The notes below the pieces were generated by a model. That model had not been told where the DNA came from, ran no database searches, and saw only the letters and a program-made list of their open reading frames with translations. A stretch of 64,000 bases of DNA from contig JBDNFC010000016.1 of assembly GCA_041690035.1 (NCBI GenBank), positions 10,495 to 74,494 of the forward strand, read 5' to 3'. Positions 40,823-51,426 of this stretch are shown here, piece after piece. The DNA comes from Bacteroidia bacterium. GTDB lineage: Bacteria > Bacteroidota > Bacteroidia > NS11-12g > UBA955. The first letter of the stretch is position 1, and each line of letters opens with the position of its first letter. The position numbers and the translations under genes are program-made.

Positions 40823-41350
40823 TTATTTTATTCTATTGCCAATCCATTGATAGTCAACATTAGAGCCTATTTTGTTCGAAATTTGTTTTTTTATTTCACA
40901 GTTTCCGGTTTTATCCCAAAATAAATGTGTTGTGGTATTTTTTAACCAGTTTTTTTTGTAAATTGTAGCAGAAAATTGAATAATATTTTTAAGACTATCT
41001 AGAATTAAATAAGCACTTGAAAAATTTCTTTCCTGATTGATTGCTTCGGCCCTAACCAAAAAACGTCCTGTCCGCAAATCTTGAATTGTATCTATAACGT
41101 AATCATTGGGTTGATTTGTGTAAGTTTCAAAATTAAATTGATAGAAGGGGGCAAATATTTTTTTCCAGCTCGGCTGATGCAACGTATCAAAAGTGCTTTT
41201 GCCGTTTTCATAAATACTTTGTTCTATCCGCATATTTTCTTTAACATCAATGACCAAAGATTGGTTAATTGCATCAGCAATGATTCCTTTGTGGTTTTTA
41301 TAGCATGAAAACAAACCCAAACAAATTATTAAAGCATAAAGTTTTTTCAT
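40823..41350 (-). CDS. Hypothetical lipoprotein
   Basis: MKKLYALIICLGLFSC lipobox; 175 aa. Confidence 0.45.
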   Translation of the reverse strand: MKKLYALIICLGLFSCYKNHKGIIADAINQSLVIDVKENMRIEQSIYENGKSTFDTLHQPSWKKIFAPFYQFNFETYTNQPNDYVIDTIQDLRTGRFLVRAEAINQERNFSSAYLILDSLKNIIQFSATIYKKNWLKNTTTHLFWDKTGNCEIKKQISNKIGSNVDYQWIGNRIK

Positions 41351-42558
41351 GTGGTTTTAATTTTAAGATGAACCCAAGAAAAGCAAAGCAATAAAATAAA
41401 TCCGCCTGCTAAAAAAGGAAAACTAGGGTCAAAATCATAAAGACCACCTGCAATAAAAGGGCCTAAACCCCTTGCAAGAGATCCAAAAGACTGCATACTG
41501 CCCAATACCTTTCCTTGTTCATCTGATGTGCTTAAAGAGCTCACCAATGAAGAAGATGCTGGCATTATTAAGCCATTTGCTATGGCAATAAGGAGTAATA
41601 ATGATAGTTCTACAAGGATAAATGTTACTTTATCAAATGGTGCAAATGGAATACCTGTAATCGCAATTGCCATTAGCACAGTGCCAAAAAGAAGCATTTT
41701 TCTTTCTCCTAAAAGTTTTTTAAATTTTTTAATAAATAATCCCTGCACGAGTGCAGAACAAATGCCAATATAAGAAAAAATAAATCCTATTTGCAGTGTA
41801 TCTAGTAAATATACCTTTTCCCAAAGCACAGTGCTGCTAACCTGCATCATACTAAAAGCCATAATAAAAGCAAAGTACAATAAAAAGATTGGCATTAACT
41901 TAGGCCTTTGAGCTATTTTAAATAAATTAGTAATTATTAGCAATGCCTTGGTTTTTGTTCGCGAAGGATTTGTGTTAGACTCTGGAAGCATAAAATAGAC
42001 ATATAAAAAATTTATGGCGCAGAGAGCAGCACAAAAATACCCAATGCTTTCAAAACCAAATTGGTTTTTTAGTGCCCCTCCAACAAAAGGGCCGATAATA
42101 AAACCTAATCCAAAAGCTACTCCTATTAAACCATACCGTTGAGCTCTTTTTTCTGGAGGAGTAATATCCGCAATATAAGCTTGTGCAGCAGAAAAATTTC
42201 CTGCACCAATGCCAGCTAATAACCTCGATAAATATAATACAATGAGACTATGTGCTGCCCCAAATAAAAGATAAGCTACAAAACTGATGGCTATGGATAT
42301 CAAAAAAACTGGCCTTCTACCTATTTGGTCACTCTTAGCACCCCAAAAAGGAGCAGAAATAAATTGCATAAAAGAGAAAACGGCAGCTGCAATAAAGGCA
42401 GGCATGTTGCTAGACATAATTCCTGCTTCTGCACCAAACGATAGAGAAAAGGAAGGGAGCACTGGTATTGCAATTCCAAACCCCAATAAATCAATAAAAA
42501 CAGTAAAAAAAACAATGCGTAAAGCACTGTTTTGGTTAGAAATTGCCTTCTTATTCAT
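41347..42558 (-). CDS. MFS transporter (DHA1/Tet-like, 12 TM)
   Basis: FFTVFIDLLGFGIAIPVLP...GRRPVF motif A. Confidence 0.8.
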   Translation of the reverse strand: MNKKAISNQNSALRIVFFTVFIDLLGFGIAIPVLPSFSLSFGAEAGIMSSNMPAFIAAAVFSFMQFISAPFWGAKSDQIGRRPVFLISIAISFVAYLLFGAAHSLIVLYLSRLLAGIGAGNFSAAQAYIADITPPEKRAQRYGLIGVAFGLGFIIGPFVGGALKNQFGFESIGYFCAALCAINFLYVYFMLPESNTNPSRTKTKALLIITNLFKIAQRPKLMPIFLLYFAFIMAFSMMQVSSTVLWEKVYLLDTLQIGFIFSYIGICSALVQGLFIKKFKKLLGERKMLLFGTVLMAIAITGIPFAPFDKVTFILVELSLLLLIAIANGLIMPASSSLVSSLSTSDEQGKVLGSMQSFGSLARGLGPFIAGGLYDFDPSFPFLAGGFILLLCFSWVHLKIKTT

Positions 42559-44077
42559 ACATGATACTTTTAGCAGTCATTTCTTTGGGAGCATTTATGC
42601 CCATTAGATAAAGAATGCTTGGTGCGATATTGGCTAAACCCCCATCTGTTAAATTTATTTTTTTAGGACCTACGTAAATGCAAGGTACTAGATTTGTGCT
42701 ATGTTGTGTATTGGGACTTAAATCTTTATTTATAGCAAAGTCTGCATTACCATGGTCTGCAAGTACTATAAATTCCCAATCATTCTTTAATCCTTGGCTT
42801 ATTACTTTTTCTAAACATTGATCTACAGACAAAACTGCCTTTATAATGGCCTCATATACCCCTGTATGACCTACCATGTCTGCATTGGCAAAATTTAAAC
42901 ACATAAAGCCAATGTCTTTTTCTAAATAAGGCAAAACAAGGGCTGTAAGTTCATTTGCACTCATAGACGGCTGCAAATCATAAGTAGCTACTTTAGGGCT
43001 TGCTGCTAATACTCTGTATTCTTTGTCAAAAGGCACTTCTCTCCCTCCACTAAAGAAAAATGTAACATGTGGATATTTTTCTGTTTCGGCAGCGCGCAAC
43101 TGCCCAATCCCATTTTTGGCAAGATGTTCTCCCAATGTATTGATAATATTATCCTCATCAAAAATGGAATAGGTGTTTTTAAATGTCTTATCATAATTGG
43201 TTAATCCCACATAATGGATATCTAATTTTTTTGTATTATAATCTCTATTATCTTTTTCAACAAGCATTGAAGTTATTTGCCGTGGTCTATCGGTCCTAAA
43301 ATTAATGTTATAAACAACATCTCCAGCTTCAATATTAGGTAAATTATGCCCATCTACGTTTGTCAATTTTATAGCGGGCATAAACTCATCGGTAATGCCC
43401 AATTTATAATATTTATTAATTGTATCTAAGATATCCTTATGTTTTTCTCCTTCGGCATTACAAAATAAATGATAAGCCTTTGCAGTTCTTTCCCAACGAT
43501 TGTCTCTATCCATTGCATAATATCTTCCAATTACTGAAGATAATTGCGCCTGATATTTTTGGTTAATTTCTAATAGTTTTGTTAAAAATATTTGACCGCT
43601 TCTTGGGTCTGTATCTCTGCCATCTAATATTGCATGAATGAAAATAGGTTGGCTGCTATTTTCTCTTATTAAAGAAATAAAATTTTCAAAATGTTGAAAA
43701 GAGCTATGCACTCCACCATCACTCAATAAACCTATGATGTGGATTGGTTTATTGAGATTTTTGGCAATAGCCACACTTTCTTTAAAAACCCTATTTTTGC
43801 TTACCGTATTGTTTTTAAATGCTTGATTTATTTTTTCTAACATTTGCCATATTACACGACCAGCACCTAAGTTAATATGTCCTACTTCACTATTCCCCAT
43901 CTGACCTTCTGGCAAACCTACTGCATTGCCAAAGGTTGTTAATCTTGAATTCGGGTAAGCCTCCATCAATGAATTAAAAAAGGGTGGCTCAGCCTTATAA
44001 ATTGCATCACTATTTGTGCAATCTCCAATACCCCAACCATCGAGAATAATAAGGCCTATTTTTTTGCTTTTTTTCAA
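42551..44077 (-). CDS. gpmI: 2,3-bisphosphoglycerate-independent phosphoglycerate mutase
   Basis: LIILDGWGIG...GNSEVGHINLGAGRV...ADHGNA. Confidence 0.9.
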   Translation of the reverse strand: MKKSKKIGLIILDGWGIGDCTNSDAIYKAEPPFFNSLMEAYPNSRLTTFGNAVGLPEGQMGNSEVGHINLGAGRVIWQMLEKINQAFKNNTVSKNRVFKESVAIAKNLNKPIHIIGLLSDGGVHSSFQHFENFISLIRENSSQPIFIHAILDGRDTDPRSGQIFLTKLLEINQKYQAQLSSVIGRYYAMDRDNRWERTAKAYHLFCNAEGEKHKDILDTINKYYKLGITDEFMPAIKLTNVDGHNLPNIEAGDVVYNINFRTDRPRQITSMLVEKDNRDYNTKKLDIHYVGLTNYDKTFKNTYSIFDEDNIINTLGEHLAKNGIGQLRAAETEKYPHVTFFFSGGREVPFDKEYRVLAASPKVATYDLQPSMSANELTALVLPYLEKDIGFMCLNFANADMVGHTGVYEAIIKAVLSVDQCLEKVISQGLKNDWEFIVLADHGNADFAINKDLSPNTQHSTNLVPCIYVGPKKINLTDGGLANIAPSILYLMGINAPKEMTAKSIMYE

Positions 44078-44179
44078 TTTATAGTTTGTAAATAGGAAAA
44101 TGCAAATTTAATTTTTTTAATTTATTATTTTTTTGCACTTTTAGTTTTTAATTTCGATTCTTACTTGGGCTATCTTTCT

Positions 44180-47100
44180 TTAGTTCAATATCAAATTTAC
44201 CTTGCCAGCTATTTCTTCTAAACTTTTTATAAGTTGAATACTTGGTTTAACAAGCAATCCTTCATTGCCTAAATTAACTTCTCCTGCCTCGCCTGACTCA
44301 TATACCTGAAAAACAAATACAGTTTCACCTTTATTTTTCTCTAAAATATTCATAATTTCATCAATATTGCTTATCGTCATTGCTTTTAGATCTATTTTAT
44401 AAGAAAGCCCTTTCAAGTTTTTTTTCAATATTGATTCCATTAAACTAACTTTCTTCACTTTGGTAAAAATATTTGGTGCTTCCTCTTCATTTCTATTCAC
44501 GTTAACAAAAGAAATATCTATTAGCACTGAATTATTTTTTGCTAAATAGCCATTTAGTCTTGCAAAATCATCTTTATAAAGGTTAAAAGAGAATGCTCCG
44601 TCAAAATCTTCGATTGTATATTTGCCCCATGCAGAACCCGCTTGACTCATTCTTGATTCAGAATGAGTTACAATACCAGCAATTTTTAATTCCTTTCCTA
44701 TAAGTGTTGTTAGGTCGCTTAATTGTGCGGAAGTGTGGGTAGTAAAAAATTTGCATTCTAAGCCATATTGGTCTAAAGGATGACCAGATATAAACATGCC
44801 TACTACTTCTTTTTCAATTCGCAGTTCTTCTGTTACCTCTAAATGAGGGAGTTCGGGTAGTTTGGGAGGTTTAAGGCTAGCACCTTTGCCGTCACCAAAA
44901 AGGCTTGCTTGTTGATTGCTCTCGTTGGCTTGATGACTTGCACCAAATTTCAGGGCCATATCAATACCTGCGCTAGTTTCGCCAGGGGCAATGTTAAAAT
45001 ACTGTGCCCTATGATTGCTTTGGTCGAAATCAAAAGCCCCTCCTTTTGCCAGTGCTTCTAAAACACGTTTATTAATAGATTTTAAATTTCCTCTGCAAGT
45101 TAAATCAAAGATATCTTTATATTTTCCGCTTCCTTGTCGCTCTGCAATAATATTTTCAATAGCTTTTTCTCCTGCTCCTTTAATAGAGCCAAGCCCAAAA
45201 CGAATCTCGCCCTGATTATTTACCGCAAAATCTGCATTTGATTCATTTAAATCGGGCCCTAAAACTTTTATGCCCATTCTTTTGCACTCCTCCATAAAAA
45301 ATGCAATAGAATCTATATTGCCAGCATTGTTTAATACTGCTGCCATGTATTCTGCAGGATAGTGAGCTTTTAAATATGCAGTTTGAAAACCTAAAAGAGC
45401 ATAACATGTGGCATGGCTTTTATTGAATGCATAGGAAGCAAATGCTTGCCAATCTTTCCATATTTTTTCGGCTGTTTTTAATTCTAGTCCATTTTCTCTG
45501 CAACCTGCAAAAAATTTTTCTGAAAGTTTGTCTAACTCAGCAATTATTTTTTTGCCCATCGCTTTTCTTAAACCATCTGCATCGCCTTTGCTAAAATTGG
45601 CCAATATTTGTGAAGCCATCATCACCTGTTCTTGGTAAACAGTTACACCATAGGTTTCTGCCATAATACCTTCTAAAGCTTCAAAATCATACGCTATCTC
45701 TTTTCTGCCGTGTTTTCTATCAATAAATAATGGAATATAATCCATTGGCCCTGGCCGATATAATGCATTTACGGCAATTAAATCTTCAAACTTATCTGGC
45801 TGTAAATCTTTAAGAACTTTTTGCATTCCTTCACTTTCATATTGAAAAACACTAATCGTTTCTCCTTTTTTAAATAGTTCAAAAGTGCGCTCATCATCAA
45901 GCGGTATACCTTCAATATCAAATTCAATTTTATGTCTTTCTTTTATTAAATTGATGGTTTTTTTGATGATAGTTAGTGTTTTGAGACCTAAAAAGTCCAT
46001 TTTTAAAAAACCTGCATCCTCAATCACATTGCCGTCATACTGAGTAACCCATAAATTACTATTTTTAGAGGTGGATAATGGAAGATGTTCTGTTAAATCG
46101 TTTGGAGCAATAATTACAGCACATGCATGAATTCCAGTGCTTCGCACCGAGCCTTCTAGTTTCATGGCCTCTCTGATAGTTTCTCCTGCCAAGTCATCTC
46201 CATTTGCAATATCTCTAAGCAGCAATACATTTGTATAATCATCACCATTTAAGGCTGCCTTTATTTTTTTTTCATCGTCTGTAATTAATTCAATAAGCGA
46301 TGGAGAACCAGGTTTATCTGGCACTAACTTAGTCAAGGCAGTGGCATCATTTAATGGCAGATTTAAAGCTCTAGCCACATCTTTGATACTGCTTTTTGTT
46401 GCCATAGTGCCATAGGTTACAACTTGAGCCACTTGGTTGTATCCATATTTTTTTATCACATAATCCAATATCTTTTGCCTTCCCTCATCGTCAAAATCTG
46501 TGTCAATATCGGGCATAGATTTGCGATCTGGATTTAAAAAACGCTCAAAAAGCAAACCATATTTCATAGGGTCTATATTGGTTATTCCAATACAGTAAGC
46601 AACTACCGAGCCTGCTGCTGAGCCCCTTCCAGGGCCCACATATACATTTAAATCTCTCCCTGCCTTTATAAAATCTGATACAATTAAAAAATATCCAGGA
46701 AATCCCATGGTTTTGATAGTATGTAACTCAAAATTAATCCGCTCTTCTAATTCGGTGTTCATTTCACTGTATCTTTTTCTTGCACCTTCTAAGGTTAAAT
46801 GTTTTAAGTATTCATCTTCGTTGATAAAGTTTTTTGGTATTGGAAATTCGGGTAGCAGAAGTTGTTTTTGTAAGTTTAATAATTCTACTTTATCTGCAAC
46901 CTCTTCTGTATTGGCTATTGCATCTGGCAAGTCTGCAAAAAGGGCACTCATTTCTGCTTGTGTTTTAAAATAAAACTCATCATTTGGAAATCCAAAACGA
47001 TAACCTTTGCCAGACTCCTCATCTGTTGCCTTTGGTGTTTCTTGAATATCGGCTGTATTAATGCACAATAAAAGGTCGTGTGCATTTGCGTCTTCTTGAT

Positions 47101-47734
47101 CTATATAGTGCGAATCATTGCTGGCAATTATTTTTACATTATGTTTTTTTGCAAATTTTAGCAGCACAGGGTTTACCTTGTCTTGATCTGGTAAATTATG
47201 ACGTTGCAGCTCTACATAATAGTCTTCGCCAAAAATATCTAGCCACCATAAAAAAATTTTTTCGGCTTTTTCTTCACCTAAATTTAGAATGGCTTGCGGC
47301 ACCTCTGCGCCTAAACAGCATGTTGTAGCAATTAAGCCTTCATGATATTTTAGTACCAATTCTTTATCAATTCTTGGCCATTTAGAATAAAGGCCTTCCT
47401 TGTACCCAAATGAACAAAGCTTTGATAAATTTTTGTAGCCTAATTCATTTTTTGCTAAAAATAATTGATGGTAGCGTTTGTCCTTTTTTTCTTTTGTAAA
47501 TTGCTTGACATGCCTATCCTCAACCATATAAAATTCGCAACCAACAATAGGTTTTATACCTTGCTTATTGGCTTCTGCTACAAATCTAAAAGCGCCAAAC
47601 ATATTGCCGTGATCTGTGATTGCTATCGCTTTCATTTCGTCAGCTTTTGCTTTTTTCATCAGCTTGCTGATTTCTGCGGCACCATCTAACAGACTAAATT
47701 GGGTATGAACATGGAGGTGTGAAAAATTTGGCAT
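44180..47734 (-). CDS. dnaE: DNA polymerase III alpha subunit
   Basis: FSHLHVHTQFSLLDGA PHP domain start, 1184 aa. Confidence 0.9.
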   Translation of the reverse strand: MPNFSHLHVHTQFSLLDGAAEISKLMKKAKADEMKAIAITDHGNMFGAFRFVAEANKQGIKPIVGCEFYMVEDRHVKQFTKEKKDKRYHQLFLAKNELGYKNLSKLCSFGYKEGLYSKWPRIDKELVLKYHEGLIATTCCLGAEVPQAILNLGEEKAEKIFLWWLDIFGEDYYVELQRHNLPDQDKVNPVLLKFAKKHNVKIIASNDSHYIDQEDANAHDLLLCINTADIQETPKATDEESGKGYRFGFPNDEFYFKTQAEMSALFADLPDAIANTEEVADKVELLNLQKQLLLPEFPIPKNFINEDEYLKHLTLEGARKRYSEMNTELEERINFELHTIKTMGFPGYFLIVSDFIKAGRDLNVYVGPGRGSAAGSVVAYCIGITNIDPMKYGLLFERFLNPDRKSMPDIDTDFDDEGRQKILDYVIKKYGYNQVAQVVTYGTMATKSSIKDVARALNLPLNDATALTKLVPDKPGSPSLIELITDDEKKIKAALNGDDYTNVLLLRDIANGDDLAGETIREAMKLEGSVRSTGIHACAVIIAPNDLTEHLPLSTSKNSNLWVTQYDGNVIEDAGFLKMDFLGLKTLTIIKKTINLIKERHKIEFDIEGIPLDDERTFELFKKGETISVFQYESEGMQKVLKDLQPDKFEDLIAVNALYRPGPMDYIPLFIDRKHGRKEIAYDFEALEGIMAETYGVTVYQEQVMMASQILANFSKGDADGLRKAMGKKIIAELDKLSEKFFAGCRENGLELKTAEKIWKDWQAFASYAFNKSHATCYALLGFQTAYLKAHYPAEYMAAVLNNAGNIDSIAFFMEECKRMGIKVLGPDLNESNADFAVNNQGEIRFGLGSIKGAGEKAIENIIAERQGSGKYKDIFDLTCRGNLKSINKRVLEALAKGGAFDFDQSNHRAQYFNIAPGETSAGIDMALKFGASHQANESNQQASLFGDGKGASLKPPKLPELPHLEVTEELRIEKEVVGMFISGHPLDQYGLECKFFTTHTSAQLSDLTTLIGKELKIAGIVTHSESRMSQAGSAWGKYTIEDFDGAFSFNLYKDDFARLNGYLAKNNSVLIDISFVNVNRNEEEAPNIFTKVKKVSLMESILKKNLKGLSYKIDLKAMTISNIDEIMNILEKNKGETVFVFQVYESGEAGEVNLGNEGLLVKPSIQLIKSLEEIAGKVNLILN

Positions 47735-47843
47735 AAGGCCACGAAATTAAGATTTTTATCTTTTATTTTCTTTATTGTTAATAAATAATTTGGGCTAAAA
47801 AATTATGCCGTATTATTGCATTTTATAAAAAATTAGTAACACT

Positions 47844-48788
47844 ATGCGCATCATTTTGGCACAAATCTATTTGTTTATTAAATCTACAAATTTAATATTT
47901 TTAGCGTTTAGTATTTTATGGACAGCAATGCTAATATTTATAAATTATAATTTTCAATTGCAATCAAATTGGGTATTTGAGACAAACAATATCAATATGT
48001 TTTATCGTCAATGGTTAGTTTTTTTGCTATCATATGGTTTACCACTATTTCTTGGGCTTTTTTTTTCCAAAAAATATAATACTTTCTTAAAGCCAAGTTT
48101 TTGGTTAATTTTTTTATTGTCAACCGCTGTTTTTGCCTTTACTTCTACCTATCATCTTATTGATTTCACTGATTTTTCTAGTAGTAATTCCAATTTATTA
48201 AATTATTATCATAAATTATCCTTTTGGTTAAGTCAAACAGTTGTTGTTATTGTTTTTACATGGATTATTTGGATAATTAAAGATCGAAAAAACATGATGT
48301 TTTATGGGTTTGGTAATGCAACATTAACGACAAAAAAAGAAGAAAAAGGTTTAAAACCATATTTTTTAATGCTTTTGATTATGGTAATACCAATTTTTAT
48401 AGCTGCTCAAACAAGCGGTTTTCAAAATATGTACCCTAGACTAGATAGCATTCAAAAAGAGAACTATGCCGCCCTAAATTTTATACAATACCTGTTTTTT
48501 GAGCTTGGATATGGACTAAATTTTGTTGGTATTGAGTTGTTTTTTCGTGGGTTTTTGATCAGCGCTTTTGGTTTTTATATTGGAAAAGAGGCTATACTTC
48601 CAATGGCCATATTTTATGTAACCATTCATTTTGGCAAACCAATGGGAGAGTGCATAAGTTCTTTCTTTGGCGGTGCACTATTGGGTATTGTATCGTTTCA
48701 CACTAAAAGTATTAAAGGAGGATTGTTGGTTCATTTAGGCATTGCCTGGATGATGGAAATTGCTGGATGGACTGCAAAGTTTTTTTAA
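47844..48788 (+). CDS. CPBP-family intramembrane metalloprotease (CAAX protease-like)
   Basis: ELFFRGFL (EExxxR) and HFGK/FxxxH motifs; multi-TM. Confidence 0.65.
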   Translation: MRIILAQIYLFIKSTNLIFLAFSILWTAMLIFINYNFQLQSNWVFETNNINMFYRQWLVFLLSYGLPLFLGLFFSKKYNTFLKPSFWLIFLLSTAVFAFTSTYHLIDFTDFSSSNSNLLNYYHKLSFWLSQTVVVIVFTWIIWIIKDRKNMMFYGFGNATLTTKKEEKGLKPYFLMLLIMVIPIFIAAQTSGFQNMYPRLDSIQKENYAALNFIQYLFFELGYGLNFVGIELFFRGFLISAFGFYIGKEAILPMAIFYVTIHFGKPMGECISSFFGGALLGIVSFHTKSIKGGLLVHLGIAWMMEIAGWTAKFF

Positions 48789-48839
48789 TTTGTTCTATTT
48801 AATTATAATTGCCAATTAATTGTTTACCATAAAAAATCA

Positions 48840-49334
48840 ATGTTTAATTCAAGATTTATTTTTATTTTATTTATAATAGCATGTTTAGATGCATGCAACA
48901 AGCCTACGAAAAGTTACTGCACAATACAATTTATTGACGAAAGTTTAGAACAAACTCCTAACTTTATTGCAAGTTTAAAACAAAGCAAATTAAATTTAAC
49001 CATGAATTATGCAGGTGCTATTTTAATTGACACTACAATTTTGCTAACTAGCCAAGAAAGAGAAATGATGTGGCAAGAACTAAATAAAGTTAGTTTGATA
49101 ACCTATTATAGTGATGGGCCAGAAATACCGAATAAACAAATTAATAAAATTTCAATTCAGCATAAAAATTATGAAAAATTGGTCAAATTATTAATAATGC
49201 CTCATAAAAAATTGAATGACTTGTGGCAAAGTACTATGTTAAAAGCCCAACTTACAGAGCAAAATTTTCAAAATCCTGCAATTAGATCAAACGAGATAGA
49301 CCTAGATAGCATGATAGAAGAACCTATTCAATGA
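48840..49334 (+). CDS. Hypothetical lipoprotein
   Basis: ACLDAC lipobox. Confidence 0.4.
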   Translation: MFNSRFIFILFIIACLDACNKPTKSYCTIQFIDESLEQTPNFIASLKQSKLNLTMNYAGAILIDTTILLTSQEREMMWQELNKVSLITYYSDGPEIPNKQINKISIQHKNYEKLVKLLIMPHKKLNDLWQSTMLKAQLTEQNFQNPAIRSNEIDLDSMIEEPIQ

Positions 49335-49455
49335 AATATATTTTTTAATAATTTCACAAAATATGCCCAACCGTTTGTCAAAAAATAAAATTGGTATATT
49401 ATTTGTTTATATATTTGCAGACATAGTTTTTTAATCAATTTTAATTTTTAATACA

Positions 49456-50019
49456 ATGAAACTCCAATATTTAATTTATTCCTTAATCGCTTTTTGTTTA
49501 TTAACCCCAAGTAAAATAAATGCGCAAAAATTTGCATATGTAGATACGGACTATATTTTAGAAAAAATGCCAGAGTACAAATCAGCACAAAAGCAAATTG
49601 AAGAATTAAGTTTGCAATGGCAAAAAGAAATAGATGCTAATTATGCTGAAATTGATAAACTTTACAAGGATTATTTGGCAGAAGAGCCATTATTAACACC
49701 ACAACAGGCTAAAGAAAAACAACAAGTTATCGTTAACAAAGAAAATGATGTTAAACTTATACAACAAAAAAGATTTGGGGTAGATGGAGATTTGTTCAAA
49801 AAAAGGCAAGAGCTTATTAAACCCATACAAGACAGGGTTTATGAAGCAGTAAAAAAAGTAGCTAGAGAAAATGCATTAGATTTTATTTTTGACAAAGCAG
49901 GTGGGGTAGTTATGCTTTTTAGCAATCCTAAATATGATAAAAGCGATGAGGTTTTAGACGAATTAGGTGTGGTAGAAAAAGAAGTAAATAAGGTGAAAGA
50001 TAAACCAAAAGATAAATAG
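49456..50019 (+). CDS. OmpH/Skp-family periplasmic chaperone
   Basis: signal peptide, AYVDTDYILEKMPEYK start typical of Bacteroidota OmpH, Lys/Glu-rich coiled coil. Confidence 0.75.
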   Translation: MKLQYLIYSLIAFCLLTPSKINAQKFAYVDTDYILEKMPEYKSAQKQIEELSLQWQKEIDANYAEIDKLYKDYLAEEPLLTPQQAKEKQQVIVNKENDVKLIQQKRFGVDGDLFKKRQELIKPIQDRVYEAVKKVARENALDFIFDKAGGVVMLFSNPKYDKSDEVLDELGVVEKEVNKVKDKPKDK

Positions 50020-50051
50020 AAATAAAAAACATAATAACACATTCAAAATTC

Positions 50052-50603
50052 ATGAAAAAAACAATCACACTATTTGCTGCTGTATTCTTTTTAGCAAGCA
50101 TTACAATCGCTCAAACAACAAAGCCAACAGCAACTGTAACTTATCTGCCCACCAAAATAGGTTTTGTAGATTATGCCCTTATTAGAGATACTTTGCCGCT
50201 TACAGATACTTTTGAGATAGAGATTCAATCAGCCTCGTACCAATATCAAATGCAACTTGAAGAATTGCAGAAAGATATTGAAATTTCTAGAAAAACATTA
50301 GCTAGCATATCAGGTAGCGATACTTCAGAAACTAAATCTTACATCAATACTAACTTAAATAAGCAAGAAAAAAAATATCAGGACATGTATGAGCAAGCAC
50401 AATATGTAATTGGAAATATGCAGCAAGAAGCTCTGCAACAACTTGATTATATTGTATCAGAGGCCGTAAAAGTAGTTGCAAAATCAAAGAATTATACAGC
50501 TGTTTTTGATATTTCTAGTAGAGAAGGTGGTGTAATGTATATGTTGCCGCAAGATGATTTGACCCTCTTGGTAGCAAAACAACTGAAACTAAATTTAAAG
50601 TAA
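50052..50603 (+). CDS. OmpH/Skp-family periplasmic chaperone (second tandem copy)
   Basis: signal peptide; IGFVDYALI; coiled coil. Confidence 0.65.
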   Translation: MKKTITLFAAVFFLASITIAQTTKPTATVTYLPTKIGFVDYALIRDTLPLTDTFEIEIQSASYQYQMQLEELQKDIEISRKTLASISGSDTSETKSYINTNLNKQEKKYQDMYEQAQYVIGNMQQEALQQLDYIVSEAVKVVAKSKNYTAVFDISSREGGVMYMLPQDDLTLLVAKQLKLNLK

Positions 50604-50616
50604 TACCTCATTAGCT

Positions 50617-51426
50617 TTGCTTACGCCAAATCAACCAATAGGTATATTTGATTCAGGAATTGGTGGACTAACTATAGCCAAGGCTATCAAAAAAGAATTG
50701 CCAAATGAACAAATAATTTATTTTGGTGATACGCTACATCTGCCTTACGGTGATAAATCAGCTAATTCTATTCAGAATTATGCGCTAAAAATAGCATCGT
50801 TTTTAGAGCAACAAAATTGTAAGATTATAGTAATTGCCTGCAATTCTGCATCTGCAGTTGCCGAAAAATTATTGTCAGATAAATATAAACACCACTTAAG
50901 TATTGTTAACGTTATAGATCCTACAATTGCTTTAGTAGCCAAAAGCACACAAAATAAAAAAGTAGGTCTTATAGGCACCAAAAGAACCGTTAGTACAGGT
51001 ATTTATAAGCGTAAATTAAAAAAAGCCAATCCTAACATTTCTTTGTTTTCAAAAGCAACGCCATTATTAGCTCCTATGATTGAAGAAGGTTTTTTTAACA
51101 ATAAAATTTCTAAAACTGTCATCAATTCTTATCTTGCTAATCATCATTTGCAAGAAATTGATACCCTCATATTGGGTTGTACTCATTATCCATTAATCAA
51201 TAAAGAGATAAAAACCTACTATAACGGCAAGGTAAATGTGGTAGATTCTTCTGCTGTTACTGCCAAAGAAGTAGGCAGAAAGTTAAAAGAATTAAATCTT
51301 CTCAACCACACAAAACCCCAATCTGATATTTTCTTTGTATCAGAATACACAACAGGATTTGAAAAAGCTGCTAAGATTTTTTTTAATAAGTCTATAAAGC
51401 TCATGGCCTATAAATTGTTTGAATAA
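50617..51426 (+). CDS. murI: Glutamate racemase
   Basis: IGIFDSGIGGLT ... IVIACNSAS ... GCTHYP catalytic Cys motifs; TTG start in track. Confidence 0.85.
   Translation: MLTPNQPIGIFDSGIGGLTIAKAIKKELPNEQIIYFGDTLHLPYGDKSANSIQNYALKIASFLEQQNCKIIVIACNSASAVAEKLLSDKYKHHLSIVNVIDPTIALVAKSTQNKKVGLIGTKRTVSTGIYKRKLKKANPNISLFSKATPLLAPMIEEGFFNNKISKTVINSYLANHHLQEIDTLILGCTHYPLINKEIKTYYNGKVNVVDSSAVTAKEVGRKLKELNLLNHTKPQSDIFFVSEYTTGFEKAAKIFFNKSIKLMAYKLFE

Noticed and set aside
44180-47734. Multiple 60-90 aa ORFs inside dnaE on the opposite strand (45015-45215, 46707-46973, 47080-47328, 47465-47689). Similar internal ORFs occur in argS, the TBDT-like genes, gpmI and other genes.
   Set aside because: They are fully nested antisense within long, clearly conserved genes. 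No independent support.
50560-50640. Apparent 1-nt inconsistency between the printed sequence (reads ...gcaaaac/caactg...) and the ORF-track translation of the second OmpH gene and the murI start
   Set aside because: Could not be resolved without tools and is most likely a transcription or line-break artefact on my side. Track coordinates were used for these genes. No biological claim is made.
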